Below are positions 23,498 to 30,431 of a DNA stretch of 32,904 nt, in pieces (position 1 is the stretch's first letter; every line of letters begins with the position of its first letter). Made by a program: the position numbers and the translations under genes. Below the pieces are notes generated by a model. The model saw only the letters and a list, made by a program, of their open reading frames with translations. It searched no databases and was not told the DNA's origin. Source of the stretch: a virus; the IMG/VR virus record IMGVR_UViG_3300009702_000013, positions 1-32,904 of that record. One strand, written 5' to 3'.

Positions 23498-24679
23498 ATG
23501 TTGCGTTGGTATCAAAAAAAAGCAGTTGAAAAAATAATGTGGGCGTTGTCACTTGATGGTAATGACGTTGTTGTGCTTCCGACAGGGTCGGGGAAGTCCC
23601 ATGTGATAGCTGAGGTTGCTGGGCGTATAGCTGATAATGTACTTATTTTGCAACCGAACAAAGAGATACTTGAGCAGAACTTGGAGAAATTATTGCAGTA
23701 TGTTCCAAAAGAGAACATTGGTGTGTACTCGGCGAGTATGAGGGAGAAAACAGTGCGAAAGATAACTTTTGGAACTATTGGCACGGTGCGGAATAATCCG
23801 GGGGCATTTGTCGGAGTGAAATTAGTGTTGATTGATGAGTGTCATTTGGTGCCGATAAAGGACATGGGAAGTATGTTTATGTCCTTTATAAAAGCAATTG
23901 GTTCTCCGAAAATTATCGGGCTTACTGCGACACCGTATCGGATGGATGTTACATACCGCCCTGATGGGTGGGGTGGGTGGAATACTTATACCACGACGAA
24001 GATAATAACAAGGACAAAAGGACTTTTTTGGAGGCGTATTTTGTTGAATGTAAATGTTGAGGATCTTATCAAAGAAGGATATTTATGTCGTTTGAAATAT
24101 TATGATAATTCTAAAATTGGCCATTCCGAGATTCCAACGAATAAAAGTATGTCGGATTTTGATTTGGAAGCGTACGAGAATCTTCTGTTACCGTATGAGC
24201 AAGGTGTTTTACAAACAATTAGTCGAGCGCAAAAGGTATCAAGAAGTGTGTTGGTATTCAACAGTAGCGTAGCGCAAGCTGAGCGTATGGCGAAAGCTAT
24301 CAATGGAGAGGTTGTAACTGCGAAAACAAAAGCAAAAGACCGGGAAAGAATTATTGATGAGTTCAAACAGGGGAATGTAAAGACGGTGTTCAATGTGGGG
24401 GTGTTGACGACCGGCTTTGACCACCCCGCGCTTGACACTATAGTTTTGCTTCGGCCGACCCGTAGTATCGGCTTGTATTATCAGATGCTTGGCCGTGGGT
24501 TGAGGACGGCCCCCGGGAAAGAGTTTTGCCGTGTGATTGACTTTACCGGAACAGTGCGAGAATTGGGGAGAATAGAATCAATACGGCTTGTTCGGAGAAA
24601 GAAACAAGAACTGGAATCGAATACCGGCTCATGGCATAATAAAATATTATACTCATATCATATACAAAATGAAAACTAA
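23498..24679 (+). CDS. Superfamily 2 DEAD/DEAH-box helicase (ResIII + Helicase_C type)
   Basis: Motif I is LPTGSGKS, motif II is LIDECH, motif III is TATPYR and motif VI is QMLGRGLR. Its ATG is 1 nt after the primase stop. Confidence 0.85.
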   Translation: MLRWYQKKAVEKIMWALSLDGNDVVVLPTGSGKSHVIAEVAGRIADNVLILQPNKEILEQNLEKLLQYVPKENIGVYSASMREKTVRKITFGTIGTVRNNPGAFVGVKLVLIDECHLVPIKDMGSMFMSFIKAIGSPKIIGLTATPYRMDVTYRPDGWGGWNTYTTTKIITRTKGLFWRRILLNVNVEDLIKEGYLCRLKYYDNSKIGHSEIPTNKSMSDFDLEAYENLLLPYEQGVLQTISRAQKVSRSVLVFNSSVAQAERMAKAINGEVVTAKTKAKDRERIIDEFKQGNVKTVFNVGVLTTGFDHPALDTIVLLRPTRSIGLYYQMLGRGLRTAPGKEFCRVIDFTGTVRELGRIESIRLVRRKKQELESNTGSWHNKILYSYHIQNEN

Positions 24680-25256
24680 CATAAAATACCCAGTATCATA
24701 TTCCCAGCTTTCATCGTTCGAATTTGATCCAGAGCAGTGGTATCGGCGGTATGTACTTAAGAAAAGAGATCCGGCGACTCCGGCGATGGAATATGGAAAA
24801 CTTGTCGGTGAACGTCTTGCGAGCGATCCTGATTTCCTCCCAAAAGTACCTCGAGGGGACATATACGAGTATGAACTCAACGCAAAGCTCGGAGATGTAC
24901 CGTATATCGGCTATATTGACGCCTACACACCCCATCACACCCTCCATGAGTACAAGACCTCGGAAAATAAAAAACGTTGGACACAGGCGACTGTAGATGC
25001 TCACACGCAACTTGATATGTACGCGATGTTGCTCTATCTCCAGCATAAAGTTAGACCCGAAGACCTTACCATCGCCCTGACCTATATTCCGGTACGGCGC
25101 AAGGGAGATTTTACTTACGAATGTTACGGAGAACCAAAAACATTCCAGACCAAGCGCACCCTCTCGGGGATAATGCGGTATGCTACATATGTGGAAAAAC
25201 TGTTAAAAACTATGGAAAGATACGCTTGTAAAAAGCAAGCCGATGCGTTACCATAG
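24669..25256 (+). CDS. PD-(D/E)XK (RecB/Cas4-like) nuclease
   Basis: It has the core pattern GYIDAY....LHEYKTS (D...E.K), followed by QLDMYAMLL. It overlaps the helicase 3' end by 11 nt. Confidence 0.7.
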   Translation: MKTNIKYPVSYSQLSSFEFDPEQWYRRYVLKKRDPATPAMEYGKLVGERLASDPDFLPKVPRGDIYEYELNAKLGDVPYIGYIDAYTPHHTLHEYKTSENKKRWTQATVDAHTQLDMYAMLLYLQHKVRPEDLTIALTYIPVRRKGDFTYECYGEPKTFQTKRTLSGIMRYATYVEKLLKTMERYACKKQADALP

Positions 25257-25260
25257 AAAA

Positions 25261-25311
25261 GCCCTTGAGACGCGAACTCCGCATACCTCTCAAGGGCGTG
25301 CGGAGTTCGCG
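25261..25311. repeat. Two interleaved GC-rich inverted repeats in the order A-B-A'-B'
   Basis: A is GCCCTTGAGA (25261..25270) and A' is TCTCAAGGGC (25288..25297). B is CGCGAACTCCGC (25271..25282) and B' is GCGGAGTTCGCG (25300..25311). Both pairs are perfect. Confidence 0.9.
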
Positions 25312-25360
25312 TATAGGTCGAACAAGAGTGTAAATTATTGAGTAAATTAAGTGTAAAAAT

Positions 25361-26035
25361 ATGAGTGAAGAACAAAAGAAAGATCTCTTGATAACACCGA
25401 TCAAGAGTGAAGAACAAAAGAAAGATCTCTTGATCACACCGATCAAGAGTGAAGAACAAAAGAAAGATCTCTTGATCACACCGATCAAGAAAGATATTAG
25501 TAAAGTGCAACATGCCGCTATGGCTCTCTCCATAACGCACAAAGATGATCTGCCGAAAGCGACAGAGCTTTTGGGGCGTATAAAATACGTTGGCAAGATC
25601 ATTAAGAACCGCAAGGAGGAAATTATCAGACCAAGGCTCGACGCGTTAGCAAGTGCACGGGCGCTGTTCAAGCCACTCGAGTTGCAATACAAGCAAGCTG
25701 AGGATGTGGTAAAGACCAAGATGTTGGATTTTTACGCGGAGCAAGAAGCGAAGAAAAAGAAGCTTGAGGATCGTGTTGATCGAGGAACAATGCGGTTCGA
25801 TACCGCCGTGGCAAAAATGGGGCATCTCGAAGTTGACAAGACCGTAGAGAGCACATCCTCGATCATTACCTACAGAACCGTCAAGGAAGTAGTGGTCAAA
25901 GATGAAAAAAAGATTCCTGTGGAATATTTTGTCCCCGACATGGTACGAATCCGTAAGGATGCACTCGCCGGGGTTGCTATTCCGGGGGTGGAAGTTGTCG
26001 AAAAAAAGACTATTGCAAGTAAATTAAAGATGTAA
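25361..26035 (+). CDS. Siphovirus Gp157-like replication/recombination-module protein with three N-terminal 14-aa repeats
   Basis: It has a coiled-coil centre and a C-terminal pattern KIPVEYFVPDMVRIRKDALAGVAIPGVEVVEKKTI that resembles Gp157 C-termini (D..aIk.alkaG.eiPG..l). This assignment is from memory and has not been searched. Confidence 0.5.
   Translation: MSEEQKKDLLITPIKSEEQKKDLLITPIKSEEQKKDLLITPIKKDISKVQHAAMALSITHKDDLPKATELLGRIKYVGKIIKNRKEEIIRPRLDALASARALFKPLELQYKQAEDVVKTKMLDFYAEQEAKKKKLEDRVDRGTMRFDTAVAKMGHLEVDKTVESTSSIITYRTVKEVVVKDEKKIPVEYFVPDMVRIRKDALAGVAIPGVEVVEKKTIASKLKM
25364..25489. repeat. Three tandem 42-bp repeats, each containing the dyad CTTGATC-ACACC-GATCAAG, with 8 GATC sites in total
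   Basis: The units are 25364..25405, 25406..25447 and 25448..25489. Units 2 and 3 are identical, and unit 1 has one substitution (GATAAC). Confidence 0.95.
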
Positions 26036-26039
26036 AATT

Positions 26040-26822
26040 ATGACGAAAAAAGAAACAAAAGAAGTTGCAAACGTAGTGTCAGACGCAACATTAGCAATGT
26101 TAAACGAAACCGTACCGCAGGAAGCAACATTCCAACGCGTGATGTTGCCTCGTATCTCATTCGTTGCAAAAGATCGAACGGAAGGCAAAGGTAAGAGTTT
26201 GAAAGTAACGACCGAGGGTGGAACATTCACTATCAATCAGAAAAATGAAGATGGAGAATGGGAAGAAAAAGAGATCGGTAAGGAGATAGAGGTACGAATG
26301 TTCTATAACCGCCGCCAGCTTCGTAAGTGGGATAATTCAGCAGAGAACTTTATCAGCTCACCGCTCTATGATAACGACGAAGATGTTGTGCCTTTGTTCC
26401 AAGACAAAGAGGAAATTGATCGAGGAACCCAAGCGGAATTGCAAGCTAAATATCCGCCAGAAGCAGGTCGCAAGACAAGCTCGCTTCAGGACGAACGTGT
26501 GTTGTATGTGGTCTATAACGATGAAGTTTACACGCTCAATGTAAAAGGTGGGTCGAAGTACGAGTTCTTTAACTTCGCGAAGAAGCAGAATCCGGCGACA
26601 GTGGTGATCAAAATTACGAGCGAGGAAAAGACGCACGGTGCGACAACATATTACTCAATGGTGTTTAATGCCGTTCGCCCCATTACCGAGGACGAAGCTC
26701 GCGATACGATTGTCAAAGCCAATGAACTCAAAGACGCAATCGCCCAAGAAAAAGCGTACTATGCCAGCCCCGGTGTTGCGGAAGCCAAAAAAGAAACCGA
26801 CGAGGAGTTTGAGAAGTTTTAG
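26040..26822 (+). CDS. Putative ssDNA-binding protein (260 aa) with an acidic C-terminal tail
   Basis: It lies in the replication/recombination module. Its C-terminus KKETDEEFEKF is acidic and ends in Phe, as in T7 gp2.5 and bacterial SSB tails. The fold has not been verified. Confidence 0.35.
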   Translation: MTKKETKEVANVVSDATLAMLNETVPQEATFQRVMLPRISFVAKDRTEGKGKSLKVTTEGGTFTINQKNEDGEWEEKEIGKEIEVRMFYNRRQLRKWDNSAENFISSPLYDNDEDVVPLFQDKEEIDRGTQAELQAKYPPEAGRKTSSLQDERVLYVVYNDEVYTLNVKGGSKYEFFNFAKKQNPATVVIKITSEEKTHGATTYYSMVFNAVRPITEDEARDTIVKANELKDAIAQEKAYYASPGVAEAKKETDEEFEKF

Positions 26823-26831
26823 TTGGTATCT

Positions 26832-26856
26832 CTTGTGCTCTTATAAAGAGCGCAAG
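26832..26856 (+). other. An 11-bp hairpin (CTTGTGCTCTT / AAGAGCGCAAG, loop ATA) 10 nt after the stop, with no U-tract
   Basis: This was read directly. The stem has one G.U pair. Confidence 0.5.
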
Positions 26857-26880
26857 GATATGCCAGTTACCACCCAAAAG

Positions 26881-26889
26881 TTATCCACA
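26881..26889 (+). promoter_or_regulatory. Second consensus DnaA box TTATCCACA (14-mer AAAAGTTATCCACA at 26876..26889)
   Basis: It is a perfect 9/9 match, and it lies 11 nt upstream of a TTGACT -35 hexamer. Confidence 0.55.
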
Positions 26890-26899
26890 GTTTAGCTCC

Positions 26900-26927
26900 T
26901 TGACTTATGTACGCATATGCGTATGAT
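26900..26927 (+). promoter_or_regulatory. Sigma70-type promoter TTGACT-N16-TATGAT
   Basis: The -35 hexamer is at 26900..26905 and the -10 hexamer at 26922..26927. It lies in a 225-bp intergenic region upstream of the gene at 27048. Confidence 0.55.
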
Positions 26928-27047
26928 ACATATAGACAAGGACGAGCTGGAGCATACCTTGCGGAATGGGGAATATCAGTACTGACACCACCCATTGTCC
27001 GGAGGATGCTCTGGTTATGGACTTGTTTTATAAGCAGATATAGAACC

Positions 27048-27617
27048 ATGAAAAAACCAAAAGTATATTACATGGGTAAACGTATCTATACCAAACGGGA
27101 TAAGCTCGGACGGTTCAAGCGCAAAGCAAAGACACGAGCCAAACACGCTCTTGTACTGTTTTCACTTGTTGTGATAATTGCAACAACAGGGTACATCTCG
27201 TTCAACATTCCCAAAAACAATCCGATCGTTGTTGAAAACACACTTACCGCTTATGCCGGAGAAACACTCGACGCAAGAATTGACGCTTTGAAAGATGAAA
27301 CCATAGAGGAGCTTGCACAGTGCGAAACAAAAGGTGTTGCGGAACCCGACGCCGCCATTGTCTTTGACACGAATTCACAAGCCAGTTTGGGGGCACTTCA
27401 ATTTCAAATCAAGACTGTGCAATACTATGTCAAAAAATTGGATGACAAAGACATCACAAGAGTGCAAGCAATAGCCATTGCAATAGATCATGACGAAGCC
27501 CGGGAGCTTGCAAAGCGTATTATCTTTGAACTCGGGGTGACGAAAGATTGGGTCAATTGCGGTCGGAGAATTGATCTCGATAAAACAGTCGACATTATTA
27601 ACCAGTTAGAAAAGTAA
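27048..27617 (+). CDS. Membrane-anchored Rpf-like / transglycosylase-like domain protein (189 aa from MKKPKVYY...)
   Basis: It has a basic N-terminus plus a TM helix (HALVLFSLVVIIATTGYISF). It then shows AQCETKG...SLGALQFQIKTV, which matches the A.CES.G....GGLQF signature of the transglycosylase-like (Rpf) domain. Confidence 0.5.
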   Translation: MKKPKVYYMGKRIYTKRDKLGRFKRKAKTRAKHALVLFSLVVIIATTGYISFNIPKNNPIVVENTLTAYAGETLDARIDALKDETIEELAQCETKGVAEPDAAIVFDTNSQASLGALQFQIKTVQYYVKKLDDKDITRVQAIAIAIDHDEARELAKRIIFELGVTKDWVNCGRRIDLDKTVDIINQLEK

Positions 27618-27618
27618 T

Positions 27619-27777
27619 ATGAGCGAAGAAGTAATCAATGTAAGAATAAAAAGACCGGTACACCGACTAATCAAGATCCGTGCGGCAATCAATGGTCTGA
27701 CTATCAGCAATTACCTGCACCGCCTTGCTCGTGAAGAAGAAAAAGCAGATGGGTTGGATAAGATGAAAACGAGATAA
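27619..27777 (+). CDS. Ribbon-helix-helix (CopG/Arc-like) DNA-binding protein (52 aa)
   Basis: MSEEVINVRIKRPVHRLIKIRAAINGLTISNYLHRLAREEE shows a beta-strand then helix-helix pattern. Its ATG is 1 nt after the previous stop. It is not in the ORF track because it is under 60 aa. Confidence 0.6.
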   Translation: MSEEVINVRIKRPVHRLIKIRAAINGLTISNYLHRLAREEEKADGLDKMKTR

Positions 27778-27781
27778 AAAC

Positions 27782-28117
27782 ATGGACATAATAATGATTG
27801 CGAGAATAGCAGTAGGGATTGTGTTATTTGAAATAACCGTCGTTATAATTGGGCTTATAGGTTTTGGTATCAGTGATAGTGAAAATGAAAAAATGAGAAA
27901 AGAAAATCAACAATACAAAAAAGCTATGGAGGAGATGGAGTGCTGGCGTGCAGAACAGCATTTAAAGGAATGTGGAAATACAATGTACACACACTTCGAC
28001 AATGAAATAGAATACTACGAGCCAGAGGATAAATGGATGTGGCGGATCTTCCTTGCACTTGTGGCGTTCGTTATCCTCTACTTTGGAGGGCATATTATTA
28101 TTAGCATTATTAAATAA
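27782..28117 (+). CDS. Membrane protein (111 aa, TM helices at both ends)
   Basis: It has hydrophobic N- and C-terminal helices flanking a charged, Cys-containing central segment. Confidence 0.6.
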   Translation: MDIIMIARIAVGIVLFEITVVIIGLIGFGISDSENEKMRKENQQYKKAMEEMECWRAEQHLKECGNTMYTHFDNEIEYYEPEDKWMWRIFLALVAFVILYFGGHIIISIIK

Positions 28118-28129
28118 CATAATAAAATT

Positions 28130-28450
28130 ATGAAATTAGCTATACAGATTATATCGTGGATCACTGTGGCCATTTATGGGCTTTTGATCTTATCATCTTT
28201 GGGTGGTGATAATACCGAGCTTCTTGTTGGATCAGTTGTCATTGGGGCATTACCGGTGATCAATTTAATTTTCTTGGATAAGAAAGGCAAAGAGATCGTC
28301 ATACAAACTATTGCATGGATCAATATCGCAATTTATGGGTTGATGTTCTTGTCGTATCTCGGAAGCACTGACTCTAGTATTCTCGTATGGGTTATGCTTG
28401 TGAGTGTCTTGCCGATCTTGGACTTGATTTATTTCGGAGAGAAAAAATAG
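28130..28450 (+). CDS. Four-TM membrane protein formed by an internal tandem duplication (106 aa)
   Basis: The two halves align: IQIISWITVAIYGLLILSSLGGDNTELLVGSVVIGALPVINLIFLDKK against IQTIAWINIAIYGLMFLSYLGSTDSSILVWVMLVSVLPILDLIYFGEKK. Confidence 0.65.
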   Translation: MKLAIQIISWITVAIYGLLILSSLGGDNTELLVGSVVIGALPVINLIFLDKKGKEIVIQTIAWINIAIYGLMFLSYLGSTDSSILVWVMLVSVLPILDLIYFGEKK

Positions 28451-28454
28451 AAAC

Positions 28455-28622
28455 ATGAAAGCAAAAGGATGTGTAGTATATGTGGAGAATATGAAAGGGG
28501 ATTTTTATCAAGTTGCTCTTAAAGAGAAAGATGAAAATACTGTATTAAATCTCGTTCAAGAATTGCAAGGTACAATAACAGTTATTAAAGGGAAAGAGCC
28601 ATTAAAAAGAGTAAAATCATGA
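28455..28622 (+). CDS. Hypothetical small protein (55 aa)
   Basis: MKAKGCVVYVENMKGDFYQVALKEKDENTVLNLVQELQGTITVIKGKEPLKRVKS. Its stop overlaps the next gene's ATG (ATGA). Confidence 0.45.
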   Translation: MKAKGCVVYVENMKGDFYQVALKEKDENTVLNLVQELQGTITVIKGKEPLKRVKS

Positions 28623-29086
28623 AATACATATTCGTAGACATAGACGGCACCATATCAAACCCAAGCAAACGACTTCACCTTATTGAGGGGGAGAAAAAGG
28701 AGTTCGATAGGTTCCATGAAGAAAGCATTAACGACGAGCCGATACAATGGGTTCTGGATTTTGTGCGGAGGTTGAATGATAAGGGATATAAGATTGTGTT
28801 CGTTTCTGGGCGCAGTAAGAAGTTTCTGGATATTAGTTATAAGTGGCTTGATAAATATTATGGTGAAGATTATAACTATCGTATCGAATTACGACCAGAT
28901 GACGACTACAGACCAAACTCAGAATTGAAACGAGGATGGGTAAAAGATATTGGAAGAGACAATCTCCTCCTTGCCATCGACGACAACCCCGATGTGATAA
29001 AGATGTACGAGGAGGAGGGTATCCCAGCATTGCTTGTGCCGGGAGGTATCGGGAATGAGTATGAGAAAATTAACAGCAGTAAGTAG
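28619..29086 (+). CDS. HAD-superfamily phosphatase (155 aa), polynucleotide 3'-phosphatase/nucleotidase-like
   Basis: Motif I is FVDIDGT, motif II is VSGR, and motif III is K....DDNPD. Confidence 0.7.
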   Translation: MKYIFVDIDGTISNPSKRLHLIEGEKKEFDRFHEESINDEPIQWVLDFVRRLNDKGYKIVFVSGRSKKFLDISYKWLDKYYGEDYNYRIELRPDDDYRPNSELKRGWVKDIGRDNLLLAIDDNPDVIKMYEEEGIPALLVPGGIGNEYEKINSSK

Positions 29087-29093
29087 ATTAACC
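29070..29093. repeat. Copy A of a 24-nt boundary repeat TTAACAGCARTAAGTAGAYTAACC
   Basis: It matches 22 of 24 positions with 29995..30018. It overlaps the HAD gene stop and precedes the next ATG. Confidence 0.85.
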
Positions 29094-29095
29094 GT

Positions 29096-29338
29096 ATGAC
29101 AAAGAAGATATATATAGTAGCAAACCGTGATCCGAGATCTGATTTCGAGTTTAGCAGAGATTTAGTAAACCTGTATGGATATGAACCTTATCATGATGCT
29201 GGACTTGTTATTCTTGCAGATAGCTTAGAGGAAGCAAACAGAATAATGATTGAACGCAAAGTATGGCTAACAGGTACACTCACAGAAATAGAACCAAATA
29301 AAAGCGGTTTATTATTAGAATGTGATGGCGCTTGTTAA
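29096..29338 (+). CDS. Hypothetical protein (80 aa)
   Basis: It is an ORF with tight spacing to its neighbours. I recognised no motif. Confidence 0.5.
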   Translation: MTKKIYIVANRDPRSDFEFSRDLVNLYGYEPYHDAGLVILADSLEEANRIMIERKVWLTGTLTEIEPNKSGLLLECDGAC

Positions 29339-29346
29339 ATAGAATC

Positions 29347-29994
29347 ATGAAAAACATCTTATACAAATCACTACCAGCAGATAGAAAACCACACGGCTTT
29401 CAATTCAAACTCAATACTTGGCATAAGACCAAAGGAGAATTGGCGATCTGTAAAAATGGTTTTCACGCCTCTAAAAATATCATAGATGCTATGTGCTATG
29501 TTGATTGCGGATATGTGGCTAAGGTAGAGGTGAAAGGAAAGTCTATCAAGCAATATGATAAAGAATGTTGGGATGAAATGAGAGTGTTACAATGGAAAAA
29601 ATGGACAAAGAAAGACAGTGTTGCTTTGGCTATATTTGCGGCTGAACTTGTAATTGATAATTACGAAAAAGAATATCCTAACGATACGCGACCGAGAGAA
29701 GCTATTGAAGCAGCAAAGATGGTGCTAAAAAGTGATACAACCAAAAATAGAAGTGCGGCGTGGAATGCGGCGAGTGCAGCGAATGTGGCGTGGAGTGCGA
29801 GGAATGCGACGAGTGCGGCGTGGAGTGCGTGGAATGCGGCGAGTGCAGCGAATGCGGCGTGGAGTGCGGCGTGTGCGGCGAATGCGGCGTGGAGTGCGTG
29901 GAATGTGAGGAATGCGGATGAGAGTGCAGTGGATGATGTGGATATATTAAAAAAATGCCATGACTTTGTGATTAAAAGAAAAGGACTTAAGTAA
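29347..29994 (+). CDS. Hypothetical protein with a DUF7666-like N-terminal domain and an Ala/Trp/Asn-rich repeat region (AAWSAWNAASAAN...)
   Basis: The N-terminus carries KNGFHASKNIIDAMCYV. The C-terminal part has about 16 trinucleotide-phased repeats encoded by a locally GC-rich tract (29755..29905). The chosen ATG is at 29347, while the track starts at a TTG at 29332. Confidence 0.55.
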   Translation: MKNILYKSLPADRKPHGFQFKLNTWHKTKGELAICKNGFHASKNIIDAMCYVDCGYVAKVEVKGKSIKQYDKECWDEMRVLQWKKWTKKDSVALAIFAAELVIDNYEKEYPNDTRPREAIEAAKMVLKSDTTKNRSAAWNAASAANVAWSARNATSAAWSAWNAASAANAAWSAACAANAAWSAWNVRNADESAVDDVDILKKCHDFVIKRKGLK

Positions 29995-30018
29995 TTAACA
30001 GCAATAAGTAGACTAACC
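29995..30018. repeat. Copy B of the 24-nt boundary repeat
   Basis: See copy A. It lies directly after the stop at 29992..29994 and directly before the cassette promoter. Confidence 0.85.
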
Positions 30019-30019
30019 A

Positions 30020-30028
30020 TGATATAAT
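30020..30028 (+). promoter_or_regulatory. Extended -10 promoter TGATATAAT at the 5' edge of the GC-rich cassette
   Basis: It is a perfect TGnTATAAT match. Confidence 0.5.
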
Positions 30029-30124
30029 ATAACCATCACCCTCCGCCACCTGTTCGTGTACGGGAAAGCACACGAGCAGATGATGGGGGAGAATGGGTAG
30101 TTCTTTACAACTAAAGGAGGGAAT

Positions 30125-30202
30125 ATGACCAAAGTACAGGCAATATGCTTGATTGTGTACGCCGTGGTATTCGCCATCGGGCAATACTATCTCAACCACT
30201 AG
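30125..30202 (+). CDS. A 25-aa hydrophobic peptide, first ORF of the GC-rich cassette
   Basis: A strong SD, AAGGAGG, lies 4 nt upstream of the ATG. The peptide is MTKVQAICLIVYAVVFAIGQYYLNH. Confidence 0.45.
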   Translation: MTKVQAICLIVYAVVFAIGQYYLNH

Positions 30203-30212
30203 GGAGGAAGCC

Positions 30213-30431
30213 ATGCACTACGAAAGGAGGTACGCAGACATGACAAGTTACCATGAGTTCTTCGTGTACAACGAGGGCGGAATGTTCCAGTTTCGTACGA
30301 GGTACGAGCACACGGCAATCCGCAACTGCCATGACGGCTATGTCGAGGCTCACTGGTTTGACCACGGCGAGCGCAAGGTTCGCATCATTTTCGACAATCG
30401 AAAGAAAGGAGACGCAAAAGATGAAAAATAA
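30213..30431 (+). CDS. Hypothetical 72-aa protein (cassette ORF2)
   Basis: An SD, GGGAGG, lies 5 nt upstream of ATG 30213. The product starts MHYERRYADMTSYHEFFVYNEGG... The track ORF starts upstream at 30153 without an SD. Confidence 0.55.
   Translation: MHYERRYADMTSYHEFFVYNEGGMFQFRTRYEHTAIRNCHDGYVEAHWFDHGERKVRIIFDNRKKGDAKDEK

Noticed and set aside
25364-25489. CRISPR array; the same question was asked of the arrays at 20991..21131
   Set aside because: The repeats are directly tandem with no unique spacers, the units of 42, 10 and 9 nt do not fit CRISPR repeat-spacer architecture, and there are no cas genes.
25124-25719. Minus-strand ORFs with LDRCDQEIFLLFFT repeats (25124..25540 and 25210..25719)
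   Set aside because: They are antisense shadows of the 42-bp repeats and of the Gp157-like gene. The plus-strand frame is the one that continues into a coherent 224-aa protein.
29661-30020. Minus-strand ORF with HALHAAFAA repeats
   Set aside because: It is an antisense shadow of the GCG/TGG triplet repeat. The plus-strand frame is continuous with a non-repetitive N-terminal domain.
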